In this document: positions 1-11,335 of the stretch, piece by piece
Position numbering within the stretch: the first letter of the stretch is position 1
Layout of the letters: each line of letters opens with the position of its first letter
Assembly (NCBI RefSeq): GCF_965263005.1
Contig: NZ_OZ253579.1
Span: 1,219,668 to 1,283,667 of the forward strand
DNA: 64,000 nt
From: Candidatus Rariloculus sp.
Lineage (GTDB): Bacteria; Pseudomonadota; Gammaproteobacteria; Steroidobacterales; Rariloculaceae
Reading direction: 5' to 3'
Made by a program: the position numbers and the translations under genes
Notes under the pieces: model-generated
What the model was told of the DNA's origin: nothing
What the model saw: the letters and a program-made list of their open reading frames with translations, nothing else
Databases searched by the model: none

Positions 1-311
1 TTCTCGCGCAGAACTCCGACAAGGTGCGCGGCGCCCAGGTCCACGGCGTGCCGCCTGAGTTCGATGCGATCGCGTCCGGCGACTACCCGATCGCACGGCC
101 GCTGTACTTCTACGTCAAGAAGGTGCACGCGGAAGTGATCCCGGGCATGCGGGAATTTCTGCGCGAATTCACGAGCGATGCCGCCTCGGGCGATTTCGGC
201 TATCTGTCCGACAAGGGCCTGATTCCGCTGCCGGAGACTGAGCGGCGCATCGTCGCGGCGCAGGCGCTCGATCTTGCACGGTTGGATCTGGTCGGAGACA
301 GCATCGAGTAG
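1..311 (+). CDS. pstS: Phosphate ABC transporter substrate-binding protein PstS, C-terminal part (5' end outside window)
   Basis: The reading frame enters from the left edge and ends at TAG 309-311. The peptide ...DYPIARPLYFYVKKVHAEVIPGMREF... is typical of PstS-family binding proteins. pstC, pstA and pstB follow directly. Confidence 0.8.
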   Translation, partial: LAQNSDKVRGAQVHGVPPEFDAIASGDYPIARPLYFYVKKVHAEVIPGMREFLREFTSDAASGDFGYLSDKGLIPLPETERRIVAAQALDLARLDLVGDSIE

Positions 312-334
312 AGCAAACCCGCCCGGAAATCGCC

Positions 335-1720
335 GTGGGCTCTTCAACGATCCTGATCGCGATGGCCGGATTGGCCGCGTTCGGATATTTCCTCGGCCGG
401 CAGCGGGCCGTTGCCGGCGAGGTCGGGCGTTCCTCGCATGTGTTCCATTCCCTGCCCGGTTACTACGGCGGCTACGTGGCGCTGTGGTGCGTGCTGCCGG
501 CCCTGGCGGTGTTTGCGGTCTGGCACGTCGTCGAGCCGATCGTCCTGCGCGTCGAAGTGATGCAATCCTTGCCGGAGGAGATCCGGTCAGCTCCCGAGCA
601 GATCCTCGGGCTGATCTATAACGACATTCAGAACCTCGTCGAGGGCAACTTCGTTTCCGGTCAACCCGATGCGGATCTGTCGGCCGCGGCCGAGCGTTAC
701 ACGGGTCTGCGCAACACGAGCCGCGGACTTCTGGCCGGCACGATACTTGTCATTGTCCTGGCGGCGCTCACGTACGCCATTCGGCGCGTGCGTCCCGCAT
801 TCAGGGCGCGCAATCGGGTCGAGCAGACGATGGAGTACGCGCTCATCGCGGCATCGCTCGTCGCGATCCTGACAACGCTCGGAATATTCCTGTCGGTGCT
901 TTTTGAGGCGTTGCGCTTCTTTCAGCAAGTCTCGCCGATCGACTTTGTGTTCGGTCTGAATTGGAGCCCGCAGACCGCGATTCGCGAGGACCAGGTCGGC
1001 TCATCCGGCGCTTTCGGCGCGATTCCGCTCTTTGCGGGAACGATCCTGGTTTCGGGAATCGCGATGCTCGTCGCGGTCCCGGTCGGATTGATGTCGGCGA
1101 TTTACCTGTCCGAGTACGCGAACACGAGACTACGAGCCGTCGCCAAACCGATGCTCGAGATCCTCGCTGGAATTCCGACTGTCGTCTACGGCTATTTCGC
1201 GGCGTTGACGATCGGTCCGATGTTCCGGCAGTTCGGCGACGGGTTGAATCTCGACGTGTCGTCGGAGAGCGCGCTCGGTGTCGGGCTCGTCATGGGCATC
1301 ATGATCATCCCGTTCGTGTCGTCGCTGTCCGACGATGTCATCAATGCCGTTCCGCAAGCGCTAAGGGATGGTTCGTTCGGCCTGGGCGCGACGCGATCGG
1401 AGACGATAAGGCGCGTCGTCTTGCCGGCGGCACTGCCCGGCATCGTCGGTGCGGTGCTGCTGGCTGTTTCGCGAGCTATCGGCGAGACGATGATCGTTGT
1501 CATGGCCGCAGGACTCGCGGCGAATTTCACTGCCAACCCCTTCGAGTCCGTGACGACCGTCACCGTGCAGATCGTCACGCTGCTCGTCGGAGACCAGGAG
1601 TTCGACAGCTCGAAGACGCTCGCCGCGTTCGCGCTCGGTCTCGTGCTCTTCATCGTCACGCTGCTGCTCAACGTCATCGCGCTCATGGTCGTGCGCCGGT
1701 TCCGGGAACAATATGAGTGA
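335..1720 (+). CDS. pstC: Phosphate ABC transporter permease PstC (long form)
   Basis: 461 aa multi-pass membrane ORF with a GTG start. Carries an EAA-type permease loop (AVSRAIGETMIVVMAAG). Lies between pstS and pstA, and its stop overlaps the pstA start. Confidence 0.9.
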   Translation: MGSSTILIAMAGLAAFGYFLGRQRAVAGEVGRSSHVFHSLPGYYGGYVALWCVLPALAVFAVWHVVEPIVLRVEVMQSLPEEIRSAPEQILGLIYNDIQNLVEGNFVSGQPDADLSAAAERYTGLRNTSRGLLAGTILVIVLAALTYAIRRVRPAFRARNRVEQTMEYALIAASLVAILTTLGIFLSVLFEALRFFQQVSPIDFVFGLNWSPQTAIREDQVGSSGAFGAIPLFAGTILVSGIAMLVAVPVGLMSAIYLSEYANTRLRAVAKPMLEILAGIPTVVYGYFAALTIGPMFRQFGDGLNLDVSSESALGVGLVMGIMIIPFVSSLSDDVINAVPQALRDGSFGLGATRSETIRRVVLPAALPGIVGAVLLAVSRAIGETMIVVMAAGLAANFTANPFESVTTVTVQIVTLLVGDQEFDSSKTLAAFALGLVLFIVTLLLNVIALMVVRRFREQYE

Positions 1721-3005
1721 CGACGCTCAACGGCCGATCCAGGCAGTCGTCGCCAGCGGTTTGAGGCGCCGCTATTTTCGTGAGCGCGCCTTTCGCTATC
1801 TCGGCTTGGGCTCGCTGTTCATCGGGCTTGGGTTTCTAGCGTTCTTCTTCTACACGATTATCGCCAACGGCTATTCGGCGTTTCAGCAGACGCGCATCCG
1901 GCTTGATATCGAGCTGAGCGAAGCCGAGATCGATCCCGGCGGCACGAGAGACGTCGAAGTTCTGACGCAAGCCAACTATCAGGCGCTCTTGCGGGCAGCC
2001 CTGAGCGGTCTCTTCCCCGAAGTGAGCGAGAGAGGCGAACTGCGCTTGTTGTACGGGATGATCAGCACGGGCGCCAGGAGAGAGCTTCGCGCCCGCGTGC
2101 TCTCGGATCCTTCCGTCATCGGCACGATGCAGAGCATCTGGCTGCTCGCCGACGACGATATTGACATGGTCGTCAAGGGCCACATTCGCCGCGATGTGGC
2201 CGAGAGCGACCGGCGCGTCAGCGATCTGCAAATCGGCTGGCTCGATCGGCTGGAAGCGCAGGACCGCGTCGATCTCAGGTTCAACTCCTATTTCTTCACG
2301 TCGGGCGATTCCCGGGAACCGGAGCTTGCCGGGATCTGGAGCGCGACGGTCGGGTCGTTCTTCATGCTGCTTGTGACGCTGGCATTGTCGTTCCCGCTCG
2401 GCGTCGCGACGGCGATCTATCTCGAGGAACTCGGGCCAAAGAACCGCTGGACGGACCTGATCGAGGTCAATATCAACAATCTCGCGGCCGTGCCGTCGAT
2501 CGTGTTCGGCCTGCTTGGTCTGGCGTTGTTCATCAACATCTTCGGCCTGCCGAGATCGGCGCCCGTGGCCGGCGGTCTGGTGCTGAGCCTCATGACGCTG
2601 CCGGTCATCATCATCGCGTCTCGCGCCGCGTTGACGGCCGTGCCGCCGGCGATTCGGGAGGCGGCTCTTGCAGTCGGCGCGTCAAAGATGCAGATGGTGT
2701 TTCACCACGTGCTGCCGTTGGCCATGCCGGGGATGTTGACCGGCACGATAATCGGCATGGCCCGTGCGCTCGGCGAGTCGGCGCCGCTGCTGATGATCGG
2801 CATGGTGGCATTTATCGTTGATGTTCCCCAGACTCCGCTCGATCCGTCGACCGCGCTGCCGGTGCAGGTTTATCTGTGGGCCGACAGCCCGGAACGCGCC
2901 TTTGTCGAGCGCACATCGGCTGCAATCCTCGTGTTGCTGGTGTTCCTGCTGTTGATGAATGCGACGGCAATTCTGCTGCGCAAACGGTTCGAGCGCAGGT
3001 ACTGA
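1713..3005 (+). CDS. pstA: Phosphate ABC transporter permease PstA
   Basis: 430 aa membrane ORF. Permease motif GMARALGESAPLLMIG. ATG 1713 overlaps the pstC stop. Confidence 0.9.
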   Translation: MSDDAQRPIQAVVASGLRRRYFRERAFRYLGLGSLFIGLGFLAFFFYTIIANGYSAFQQTRIRLDIELSEAEIDPGGTRDVEVLTQANYQALLRAALSGLFPEVSERGELRLLYGMISTGARRELRARVLSDPSVIGTMQSIWLLADDDIDMVVKGHIRRDVAESDRRVSDLQIGWLDRLEAQDRVDLRFNSYFFTSGDSREPELAGIWSATVGSFFMLLVTLALSFPLGVATAIYLEELGPKNRWTDLIEVNINNLAAVPSIVFGLLGLALFINIFGLPRSAPVAGGLVLSLMTLPVIIIASRAALTAVPPAIREAALAVGASKMQMVFHHVLPLAMPGMLTGTIIGMARALGESAPLLMIGMVAFIVDVPQTPLDPSTALPVQVYLWADSPERAFVERTSAAILVLLVFLLLMNATAILLRKRFERRY

Positions 3006-3039
3006 TGTCGGGTCCGCCTAAGCCCATCGCAACGGAGTG

Positions 3040-3086
3040 TGCCGTGAGGGAGCCTGCAGCGGACACGGGCACTCACGGCATTTATT
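3040..3086 (+). terminator. Hairpin plus T-tract between pstA and pstB (possible intra-operon attenuator or mRNA stabiliser)
   Basis: TGCCGTGAG (3040-3048) pairs with CTCACGGCA (3072-3080), followed by TTTATT. It sits in the 91 nt pstA-pstB gap. Confidence 0.3.
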
Positions 3087-3096
3087 GGAGTAGACT

Positions 3097-3993
3097 GTGG
3101 ACGGAGCCCTGAAGCCAAAGAGCGATAACTTGTCGCAAGCGATCCCGGAGCAGCCTGCCGAACCTCCGTCGAAGCCTATGCCGGCCCTGGCCGAAGCCGA
3201 GGACGCCTACGAGACTGTCGGCGACTATACGGCCCCCAATCCGGTTATTCGCACCCGCGGCGTGGATGTCTTTTACGACGACAATCACGCGGTTCAGAAA
3301 GTCGATCTCGACATCGGGCAAAACGAGGTCATCGCGCTGATCGGTCCCTCAGGCTGCGGTAAATCGACGTACCTGCGTTGCCTGAACCGGATGAACGACA
3401 CGATCGATTCCGCGCGCGTGACCGGTGAGATCACACTGTACGGCGAGGACATCCATGCGCGTCAGATGGATGTCGTCATGTTGCGCGCCCGTGTGGGCAT
3501 GGTCTTTCAGAAACCGAATCCGTTTCCAAAATCGGTGTACGACAACGTCGCCTACGGCCCGCGCATCCACGGCCTTGCACGGAACCGAACGGAGCTCAAC
3601 CGCATCGTCCAACGCAGCCTCGAGCGTGCGGGACTGTGGTTGGAAGTCAGAGACCGGCTCGATCAGCCCGGGACAGGGCTGTCCGGCGGCCAGCAGCAGC
3701 GCCTGTGCATCGCCCGCACGATCGCGGTGAGCCCCGAAGTGATCCTCATGGACGAGCCGTGCTCGGCGCTCGACCCGATTGCGACGGCACGCATCGAGGA
3801 CCTGATCGACGAGCTCAGGCGAAACTACGCGATCGTGATCGTGACCCACTCGATGCAGCAGGCCGCGCGTGTGTCGCAGCGAATCGCCTACTTCCATCTC
3901 GGCAAGCTCATCGAGGTCGGCGGCACGGACGCGATATTCACGAACCCGCGACACAAACTCACCGAAGACTACATCACGGGCCGCTTCGGCTGA
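3097..3993 (+). CDS. pstB: Phosphate ABC transporter ATP-binding protein PstB
   Basis: Walker [13 protein letters not shown] signature LSGGQQQRL, Walker B VILMDEP, and the C-terminal [10 protein letters not shown] typical of PstB. The start is uncertain: GTG 3097, or an internal Met about 27 codons later. Confidence 0.95.
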   Translation: MDGALKPKSDNLSQAIPEQPAEPPSKPMPALAEAEDAYETVGDYTAPNPVIRTRGVDVFYDDNHAVQKVDLDIGQNEVIALIGPSGCGKSTYLRCLNRMNDTIDSARVTGEITLYGEDIHARQMDVVMLRARVGMVFQKPNPFPKSVYDNVAYGPRIHGLARNRTELNRIVQRSLERAGLWLEVRDRLDQPGTGLSGGQQQRLCIARTIAVSPEVILMDEPCSALDPIATARIEDLIDELRRNYAIVIVTHSMQQAARVSQRIAYFHLGKLIEVGGTDAIFTNPRHKLTEDYITGRFG

Positions 3994-4125
3994 GTTTCGC
4001 GAAGTGCACGTGTGCCGGACCGAGGGCTTCGGCGAGCCGCGAACCCCGTCACCGGCTTCGGCTGAATTTCCGGAATCGGGGCCTCGATTCGCGATTTCGC
4101 GCCCGATAGGGTTCCTGCCGGGCCG

Positions 4126-4944
4126 CTACAGCCTCAGAAGCTCGTTGATGCTCGTTTTCGCGCGCGTTCTGTCGTCGACGCGCTTGACGATGACCGCGCA
4201 GTAGAGACTGTATTCGCCATTCCCGGCGGGCAGGCTGCCCGAAACGACGACAGACCCGGCCGGCACCCGGCCGTAGTGGATCTCCCCCGTCGCCCGATCG
4301 TATATTCGCGTGCTCCGGCTGAGGTAAACGCCCATCGCGATCACGCTGCCGCGTTCGACGATCACGCCCTCGACGATCTCCGAGCGTGCCCCGATGAAAC
4401 AGTCGTCCTCGATGATCGTCGGCGCAGCCTGCAGTGGCTCGAGCACGCCGCCAATGCCGGCTCCGCCCGACAAGTGAACGTTCTTGCCGATTTGAGCGCA
4501 ACTGCCCACCGTTGCCCAGGTATCGACCATCGTGCCTGCGTCGACGTAAGCGCCGATGTTGACGAACGACGGCATGAGAACGACATCGCGCGCGACGTAT
4601 GCGCCGCGCCGCACGACGGCGTCCGGCACGACGCGCGTCCCCGAGCGATCGAAGTCGTTGCGCGACCAGGCGGCGTACTTGAGCGGCACCTTGTCGAAGA
4701 ACCGTGTGTAGCCGGCATCGACGACCTGGTTGCTGCGGACCCGGAACGACAGCAGCACGGCCTTCTTCAGCCACTCGTTGACGGCCCACCCGCCGTTCAA
4801 GGGCTCTGCGACGCGGAAGCGTCCGCTGTCGAGGCCGGCGATACATGCTTCGATCGCGTCGCCAAGCTCCGCGTTGACGTTACCCGGGGAGAGTTCGCCG
4901 CGTCGCTCCCACGCGGCTTCTATCACATGGCTTAGTTCCGACAT
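4126..4944 (-). CDS. dapD: 2,3,4,5-tetrahydropyridine-2,6-dicarboxylate N-succinyltransferase
   Basis: 272 aa with hexapeptide-repeat left-handed beta-helix sequence. The N-terminus [15 protein letters not shown] is typical of DapD. Conserved map-glnD-dapD arrangement. Confidence 0.93.
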   Translation of the reverse strand: MSELSHVIEAAWERRGELSPGNVNAELGDAIEACIAGLDSGRFRVAEPLNGGWAVNEWLKKAVLLSFRVRSNQVVDAGYTRFFDKVPLKYAAWSRNDFDRSGTRVVPDAVVRRGAYVARDVVLMPSFVNIGAYVDAGTMVDTWATVGSCAQIGKNVHLSGGAGIGGVLEPLQAAPTIIEDDCFIGARSEIVEGVIVERGSVIAMGVYLSRSTRIYDRATGEIHYGRVPAGSVVVSGSLPAGNGEYSLYCAVIVKRVDDRTRAKTSINELLRL

Positions 4945-4949
4945 TCGCT

Positions 4950-7634
4950 CTACTGACGATTGTGCTCGGACAGCACTGACCGCAGCGCCGCCTCGAGCGA
5001 CGCGCAGTGCTCCGCGTCGAGCGGCTCATTGTCTTGCGTCGTAACGAAAAAGACGTCCTCGGCCCGCTCTCCGATCGTGGCGATCTTCGCATTCTGCAAG
5101 GTCACGCGGCGACGCTCGAAGACCTTGCCGACCTGAAACAGCAAGCCTGGACGATCGCCGGCGACGAGTTCGATCACAGTGCGTTGATTGTTCGGTTCGC
5201 GCGATATCGAGACCTGCACCTGGGTCAGAAACATCCGGACTTGACGCGGCGCCCGCCGTGTCACCGTGACGGATTGCGGATCGTCGTGCGACAGCGCCTG
5301 GAACAGGCGGTGCCTGATTTCCGCGAGCCGTGCGCTATCCGTTATCGGGCTGCCGTCGTTCTCGAGAACGCAGTAGGTATCGAGGCTGCGGTCTCCCGCG
5401 GTGGGAACGATGCGGGCGTCGACGATGTTCAATCCGAGCTCGTCGAGCGCCGCAGTCGTGCGGCTGAAAAAGTGCAGTTGCCGGTTCGAGTAGACCATGA
5501 TGACGGTCAAGCCCTCGGCGATCGAATCGTTCAGGTCGACGACGAGAGCTCCCGGGGACTGTGCGGTCGCGAGCACGCCCGTGTGCCAGGCGACTTCCTC
5601 GGGGCGGTGGCGCAGGAAATACTCGTCCGTGAACGTCGACCAGACGCTTTGCCAGCGGTCTTGGTCGATGCCGCTCTCAACGAGCAGCTCTTGCGCGCGG
5701 GTTTGTGTTTCGAGAATCAGCTCGTCCTGATCGATTGGATTCGACAAGCCCCGCCGTAACGCGCGTTTGGTGTTCTTGTAAAGCTCCGAGAACAGCGTGT
5801 CCTTCCAGGAGTTCCAGATTTTCGGATTCGTGCCCCTCACGTCGGCAAGCGTCAGCACGTACAGAAAGTCGAGATGCGTCTCGTCGCGGACGGCCGCAGC
5901 GAACTCGTTGATGACCGTCGGATCGTTGATGTCCTTTTTCTGCGCCGTCATCGACAGCAGCAAGTGGTGCTTGACGAGCCAGGCGACGAGGCGCGCCTCA
6001 TAACGGCTCATGCCGTGCTCCAGACAGAAGGACTCGGCGTCGACCGCGCCAAGCTCGGAATGATCGCCGCCGCGGCCTTTCGCGATGTCGTGAAACAAGC
6101 CGGCGAGATACGCGATCTCGCGCTTCTCGATCTGCTGCATGACGGCGCTGCCGTTGGGGCACTCGTGATCGAATCTCGGCAGGGACTGCCTTCTCAGGTT
6201 CTCAACGACGTTCAGCGTGTGTTCGTCGACCGTGTACACATGGAACAAGTCGTATTGCATTCGTCCGACGATGCGGCCGAACGCCGGGATGTAGAGCCCG
6301 AGCACGCCGTAAGTGCTCATCCGCTTCAATGTCCGAGTTACGCCGTGCGATGCTCTGAGAATGTCGAGGAACAGGCGGTGGTGGCGCGGGTTCTGGCGGA
6401 ATTCCTCGTCGATCAGCCACAGATGCTGCTTGATCAGCGCAATCGTGCGTGCGCTGATGCCCTTGAGGTCCAGACTTTGCTCAAGCAGCAGGAATATCTC
6501 GAGCAGCGCGGATGGGTCGTGCAGAAACACGCCATCATCGATTGTCTCCAGATAGCCATGGCGCACCTGAAACCGCGATCCCACGGGAATCGGCGCATCG
6601 TCATCGTTGAGCAGCAGCGCTTCCTCGAAGAGCTGCAGCAGCATCTCGTTCAGGCGGCTCAGCTCTCTGACCGTGCGGTAATAGCGTTGCATCAACTGCT
6701 CCACGGCCAGCGTGAAACTCGCATCTTCGTAACCGAGCATGGCGGCGAGCTTGACTTGATGGTCGAACAGCAGCCGGTCCTCGCGCCGGCCGGTCAGCAG
6801 GTGCAGACCAAAGCGGATCCGCCACAGGAACTCCCGGCCCGAGACGAGTAGTCGAAATTGTCCCGTGGTCAGAAAGCCGCGCTCGACGAGCTCATCGAGC
6901 TTACCCGTGCCGAAGTGTCGCTGGGCAATCCAGCAGATCGTCTGGATATCCCTCAGTCCGCCGGGGCTGCTCTTGACGTTCGGTTCGAGGTTGTACGCTG
7001 TATCGTGAAAGCGGTGGTGCCTTGCGATCTGCTCGTTGACCTTCGCGCTGTAAAATTCGGCGGTGTCCCACATACGCTCGGGGCCGATGCGCGTGGGCAG
7101 CGCTTCGAACAAGTGGCCGGGACCCCCAAGCAGCCGCGTCTCCATCAGTGCGGTTGCCACGGTGACATCGTCGCGCGCCTGCTGAGCGCAGTCGTCAAGC
7201 GAGCGGACGCTGTGGCCCACGTCGAGCCCGATATCCCAAAGAAACGTCAGGAACCGGCTGATCGCCGCATCGGCGCCGGCCTGGTGAGGGTTATCGAGCA
7301 GCAGCAGCAGGTCGATGTCGGAATGCGGATGCAATACCCCGCGGCCGTATCCGCCCACCGCAACGAAATCCGTCGTGTCGGCGATCGGCGCTGCAAATCG
7401 CCGCCAGCTCGCGAGGATGACGAGGTCGACGGTATCGGAGCGGGCCGCCACGAGGTTGTGGACGGGTTCCCGGGCGAGAAATCGCTGCTTGAGTTCGTCG
7501 TTCGCATCGTTGAGCAGTGCCCGCAACGAGGCCACGCTCGTGGTTTTGTGCTCGAGCGCAGCCGCAAGCGCCGCCGGGTCCAAACGTTTCTTGAGTGGTA
7601 CGTGCGCTGCGGCGTGTTCTACGGTGGCATCCAT
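4950..7634 (-). CDS. glnD: Bifunctional [protein-PII] uridylyltransferase / uridylyl-removing enzyme
   Basis: 894 aa. Nucleotidyltransferase motif [19 protein letters not shown], an HD domain ([14 protein letters not shown]) and two C-terminal ACT-like regions. Lies between map and dapD. Confidence 0.95.
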   Translation of the reverse strand: MDATVEHAAAHVPLKKRLDPAALAAALEHKTTSVASLRALLNDANDELKQRFLAREPVHNLVAARSDTVDLVILASWRRFAAPIADTTDFVAVGGYGRGVLHPHSDIDLLLLLDNPHQAGADAAISRFLTFLWDIGLDVGHSVRSLDDCAQQARDDVTVATALMETRLLGGPGHLFEALPTRIGPERMWDTAEFYSAKVNEQIARHHRFHDTAYNLEPNVKSSPGGLRDIQTICWIAQRHFGTGKLDELVERGFLTTGQFRLLVSGREFLWRIRFGLHLLTGRREDRLLFDHQVKLAAMLGYEDASFTLAVEQLMQRYYRTVRELSRLNEMLLQLFEEALLLNDDDAPIPVGSRFQVRHGYLETIDDGVFLHDPSALLEIFLLLEQSLDLKGISARTIALIKQHLWLIDEEFRQNPRHHRLFLDILRASHGVTRTLKRMSTYGVLGLYIPAFGRIVGRMQYDLFHVYTVDEHTLNVVENLRRQSLPRFDHECPNGSAVMQQIEKREIAYLAGLFHDIAKGRGGDHSELGAVDAESFCLEHGMSRYEARLVAWLVKHHLLLSMTAQKKDINDPTVINEFAAAVRDETHLDFLYVLTLADVRGTNPKIWNSWKDTLFSELYKNTKRALRRGLSNPIDQDELILETQTRAQELLVESGIDQDRWQSVWSTFTDEYFLRHRPEEVAWHTGVLATAQSPGALVVDLNDSIAEGLTVIMVYSNRQLHFFSRTTAALDELGLNIVDARIVPTAGDRSLDTYCVLENDGSPITDSARLAEIRHRLFQALSHDDPQSVTVTRRAPRQVRMFLTQVQVSISREPNNQRTVIELVAGDRPGLLFQVGKVFERRRVTLQNAKIATIGERAEDVFFVTTQDNEPLDAEHCASLEAALRSVLSEHNRQ

Positions 7635-7635
7635 A

Positions 7636-8406
7636 TCAAGGAGTGCGGTCGTCGGCGCCGAGGGTCAGCACCTCGAAGCCCGAGTCGGTGACGAGCACCG
7701 TGTGCTCCCACTGCGCTGACAGCGAGTGGTCCTTGGTTACAACCGTCCAGCCGTCGGCGAGCAGCTTCACCCCGCGTCGGCCGGCATTGATCATCGGCTC
7801 GACCGTGATCGTCATGCCGCGCGAGAGTTCAGGCCCTGTGCCGGGTTTGCCATAGTGCAGTACCTGCGGGTCTTCGTGGAAGACGCGTCCGATGCCGTGA
7901 CCGCAGTACTCGCGCACCACCGAGAAACGGTGCGGTTCGACGTAGGTTTGCACGGCGTGGCCTATGTCTCCGAGCCGCCCGCCCGGCCGGATCGCGCGAA
8001 TGCCTTCCCACATGCCTTCGAAGCAGATGCGGATCAGGCGCTCGGCAATCACTGGCGGCTGGCCGACGTTGAACATGCGGCTCGTGTCGCCGTGGAAACC
8101 GTCCTTGATCACGGTGATGTCGATGTTCACGATATCACGGTTTTTCAGTACGCGGTCACCCGGTATGCCGTGACAGACGACGTGGTTGACCGACGTGCAG
8201 ATGGACTTCGGAAACCCCTTGTAGTTGAGTGGGGCCGGAATGGCGTCGAGCTTTCCGACGATGAACTCGTGACATATCCGGTCGAGCTCCCCGGTAGAGA
8301 CGCCCGGGCGCACGTGATCGCCTATCATGTCGAGAACGCTTGCGGCCAGCCTTCCGGCCACACGCATCTTCTGCTGTTCTTCACGGGTCTTTATCGTGGC
8401 GGCCAT
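7636..8406 (-). CDS. map: Type I methionine aminopeptidase
   Basis: 256 aa with motifs VCHGIP, DIVNIDITV, EYCGHGIG and WTVVTKD. Divergent from rpsB, as in most Gammaproteobacteria. Confidence 0.95.
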   Translation of the reverse strand: MAATIKTREEQQKMRVAGRLAASVLDMIGDHVRPGVSTGELDRICHEFIVGKLDAIPAPLNYKGFPKSICTSVNHVVCHGIPGDRVLKNRDIVNIDITVIKDGFHGDTSRMFNVGQPPVIAERLIRICFEGMWEGIRAIRPGGRLGDIGHAVQTYVEPHRFSVVREYCGHGIGRVFHEDPQVLHYGKPGTGPELSRGMTITVEPMINAGRRGVKLLADGWTVVTKDHSLSAQWEHTVLVTDSGFEVLTLGADDRTP

Positions 8407-8476
8407 GTCGGTGCAACCGGTTTGTCGCGGGCTCGACGGACCGCGGGGTCAGTGGGGCAACGAACGTCCGGCGGCG

Positions 8477-8505
8477 TTGTTGCTGTCCAGCCGCTATGGT
8501 ATAAA
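8477..8505 (+). promoter_or_regulatory. Candidate rpsB promoter with extended -10
   Basis: TTGTTG (8477-8482), a 17 nt spacer ending in TGG, then TATAAA (8500-8505). The TGGTATAAA arrangement resembles the extended -10 described for gammaproteobacterial rpsB promoters. It would leave a ~125 nt leader before ATG 8632. Confidence 0.4.
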
Positions 8506-8631
8506 GCGCGCGCCCTGGAGGCAATTTAACGACACACACGTGTCGGAGCTCGCGAGCCGGGTGCCCGTGCGTCATATCGCATGGGTTGCTCGCGGGGACA
8601 CGTGGAGGAATAACCCATTCAAGGAGTTTCC

Positions 8632-9654
8632 ATGACCGACGTCACCATGCGCCGGATGCTGGAAGCGGGGGTGCATTTCGGTCACCAGACCCGCTTTTGG
8701 AATCCCAAGATGGCTCCGTACATCTTCGGCGAGCGCAACAAAATACACATCATCAATCTCGAAGAGACGCTGCCGATGTATCTCGAGGCAGTGGAATTCG
8801 TTCGCAGACTCGTTGCAGACGGCGGCAAGGTCCTGTTCGTCGGGTCCAAACGGGCGGCGCGCCAGGCTATTGCCGAGGAGGCCGTGCGCTGTGGAATGCC
8901 GCATGTGAGCCAGCGCTGGCTCGGCGGCATGCTTACGAACTTCAAGACGATCCGCCAGTCCGTAAAGCGGCTGCACGAGCTCGAGGAGTTGACCGACGAA
9001 GGCGGCAGCGGCGAATTTACGAAGAAGGAAATGCTCGAGCTCGTCCGGGAACGGGACAAGCTGATGCGTGCGCTCGGCGGCATCAAGGCGATGGAATCGT
9101 TGCCTGATGCCGTGTTCATTGTCGACGTCACTCATGAAGAGATTGCCGTGAGGGAGGCGAAGAAGCTCGGCATCGCCGTTGTCGCCGTGGTCGATACGAA
9201 TTGTTCGCCCGACGGCGTCGACTACACGATTCCGGGTAACGACGACGCGATGCGGGCGATCCGGCTCTATGCCAACGGCATCGCCGATGCCGTGCTCGAT
9301 GGCAAGGCGTCGCTTCCGGAGGTGCCGACCGGTGAGGGCGATTTCGTCGAGCTCGACGAGGAGGGCCGCCCGATAGCCGAGCCCGCGAAGCTCAAGAGCA
9401 GGCCCAGTGCGAAGACAATGAGCAGGAAGAAAGCGACGGTGACGATGAAGGTGAGCGCGAAGTCCAGGCTCGAAGCAAGCGGTGCACCGGCATCGGTCGA
9501 AGAGGCCGCACCGGGCGAAGAGGCTGCGTCGATTGTAGAGGCTGCACCGAGCGAAGAGCGCGCATCCGGCGAGGAAGAAGCGATTAAAAAGCCGCCCAGC
9601 AAGTCCGCTGCGGAACCGTCCCCGAGCGGCGACGCCACCGAGACAAAGTCATAA
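8632..9654 (+). CDS. rpsB: 30S ribosomal protein S2 with a ~95 aa low-complexity C-terminal extension
   Basis: N-terminus [27 protein letters not shown] is canonical S2. 340 aa against about 240-260 usually. The tail is rich in Ala, Glu, Ser, Pro and Lys. Confidence 0.95.
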   Translation: MTDVTMRRMLEAGVHFGHQTRFWNPKMAPYIFGERNKIHIINLEETLPMYLEAVEFVRRLVADGGKVLFVGSKRAARQAIAEEAVRCGMPHVSQRWLGGMLTNFKTIRQSVKRLHELEELTDEGGSGEFTKKEMLELVRERDKLMRALGGIKAMESLPDAVFIVDVTHEEIAVREAKKLGIAVVAVVDTNCSPDGVDYTIPGNDDAMRAIRLYANGIADAVLDGKASLPEVPTGEGDFVELDEEGRPIAEPAKLKSRPSAKTMSRKKATVTMKVSAKSRLEASGAPASVEEAAPGEEAASIVEAAPSEERASGEEEAIKKPPSKSAAEPSPSGDATETKS

Positions 9655-9678
9655 TTCATTTTCAGGCGAGGACCGGCC

Positions 9679-10545
9679 ATGCAGATTAAACCGGCACAGG
9701 TCAAGGAACTCCGCGACCGCACGGGCGCGGGCATGATGGACTGCAAGAACGCGCTCGTCGAGACCGGCGGCGACATCGATGCGGCTTCGGACGTGCTCCG
9801 CAAGGCCGGACAGGCCAAGGCCGACAGAAAGGCGTCCCGCATAGCGGCGGAAGGTCAGGTGCTGGTCGCGAGCGATCGGGACAGCGGCCGCCATGTGCTT
9901 CTCGAAGTCAACTCCGAAACGGATTTCGTCGCCAAGGACGAGAATTTCCGCGAATTCACGGCTCTCGTAGGCCAGACCGTGCTCGAGCATGTGCCAGGCT
10001 CGGTCGAGGAGCTCATGGAACTCGACGCCGGTGGCCCGACCATGGGCGAATCACGCCAGGCGCTCGTGACCAAGGTTGGTGAGAATATAATCGTACGAAG
10101 GTTCAGCGTGCTGGCCAGCGAGGACACGGTCGGGTTTTACGTGCACCTGGACAGGATCGGCGTGCTCGTCGAGCTCGACGGCGGCAGCGAGGAACTCGCT
10201 CGCGATCTGGCGATGCACGTAGCGGCAACCTCGCCGCGATATGTTTCTGTCGACGATGTACCCCAGGATGAGATTGCCAGGGAAACGGACATTCTCTCGG
10301 CCCAGGCGGCTCAGATGGCCAAGTCCGAGCAGATCCTCGAGAAGATCGTCTCCGGAAGGCTCAGAAAACACTTCGACGAAATTACGTTGACGGGCCAGCC
10401 ATTCGTCAAGGATACCGACACGAAAGTCGGTCAACTGCTGAGCAGGAACGGCGCCCGGGTCAAGCGTTTCCTTCGCTTCGAGGTCGGCGAAGGCATCGAG
10501 AAGAAACAGGCCGGCTTTGGAGAAGAGGTCGCCGCTTTGCTATAA
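9679..10545 (+). CDS. tsf: Translation elongation factor Ts
   Basis: [26 protein letters not shown] is the canonical EF-Ts N-terminal UBA-like domain. Follows rpsB. Confidence 0.95.
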   Translation: MQIKPAQVKELRDRTGAGMMDCKNALVETGGDIDAASDVLRKAGQAKADRKASRIAAEGQVLVASDRDSGRHVLLEVNSETDFVAKDENFREFTALVGQTVLEHVPGSVEELMELDAGGPTMGESRQALVTKVGENIIVRRFSVLASEDTVGFYVHLDRIGVLVELDGGSEELARDLAMHVAATSPRYVSVDDVPQDEIARETDILSAQAAQMAKSEQILEKIVSGRLRKHFDEITLTGQPFVKDTDTKVGQLLSRNGARVKRFLRFEVGEGIEKKQAGFGEEVAALL

Positions 10546-10585
10546 GCTGGTCCTGTGGCGAATTGTCGCGAACAGTGGGGAGTTC

Positions 10586-11335
10586 ATGGCGCAAGACTCG
10601 CCTGAATATCGGCGGATTTTGCTGAAACTCAGTGGCGAAGCGCTGCTGGGTAGCCAGCAATACGGCATAGATCCGCCCGTCATACAGAGAATCGCGGCCG
10701 AGGTTGCCGAAGTCGCTTCCAAGGGAGTTCAGGTCGGGCTCGTCATCGGAGGCGGAAATATCTTTCGCGGCGCCGGTCTCGCCGAGGCCGGCATGGAACG
10801 CGTCACGGCCGATCAGATGGGCATGCTGGCCACGGTCATCAATGCACTTGCAATGCAGGACGCGCTCGAACGACAGGGCATGCAAGCGCGCGTCATGTCG
10901 GCGCTGCAGATCCATGAGGTCTGCGAGGACTACATCCGCCGCCGCGCGGTCAGGCATCTGGAGAAGGGTCGCGTCGTGATCTTTGCCGCGGGCACGGGCA
11001 ACCCGTTCTTTACGACGGATACCGCGGCCAGCTTGCGAGCGATCGAAATCGGCGCCGACGTCCTGATCAAGGCCACGAAGGTTGACGGCGTGTATTCCGC
11101 CGATCCCGCGGTTGAACCCCGAGCCGTGCGTTACGGTGCGCTCTCGTTCGATCAGGTCTTGTCGGACAAGCTCAGGGTCATGGACGCGACCGCCATCGTC
11201 ATGTGCCGTGACAACGACCTCCCGCTCGTCGTATTCGATCTCAACAACGCGGGTGACCTCGTCCGCGTCGCGAGCGGAGTACCGCTCGGAACGTCGGTCA
11301 CAAACGCTCTGTCACCAACGGGCACCAACTCATGA
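10586..11335 (+). CDS. pyrH: UMP kinase
   Basis: From ATG 10586 the protein reads [20 protein letters not shown], with GGGNIFRG downstream. The track ORF start at 10517 overlaps tsf and is probably too early. Confidence 0.93.
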   Translation: MAQDSPEYRRILLKLSGEALLGSQQYGIDPPVIQRIAAEVAEVASKGVQVGLVIGGGNIFRGAGLAEAGMERVTADQMGMLATVINALAMQDALERQGMQARVMSALQIHEVCEDYIRRRAVRHLEKGRVVIFAAGTGNPFFTTDTAASLRAIEIGADVLIKATKVDGVYSADPAVEPRAVRYGALSFDQVLSDKLRVMDATAIVMCRDNDLPLVVFDLNNAGDLVRVASGVPLGTSVTNALSPTGTNS

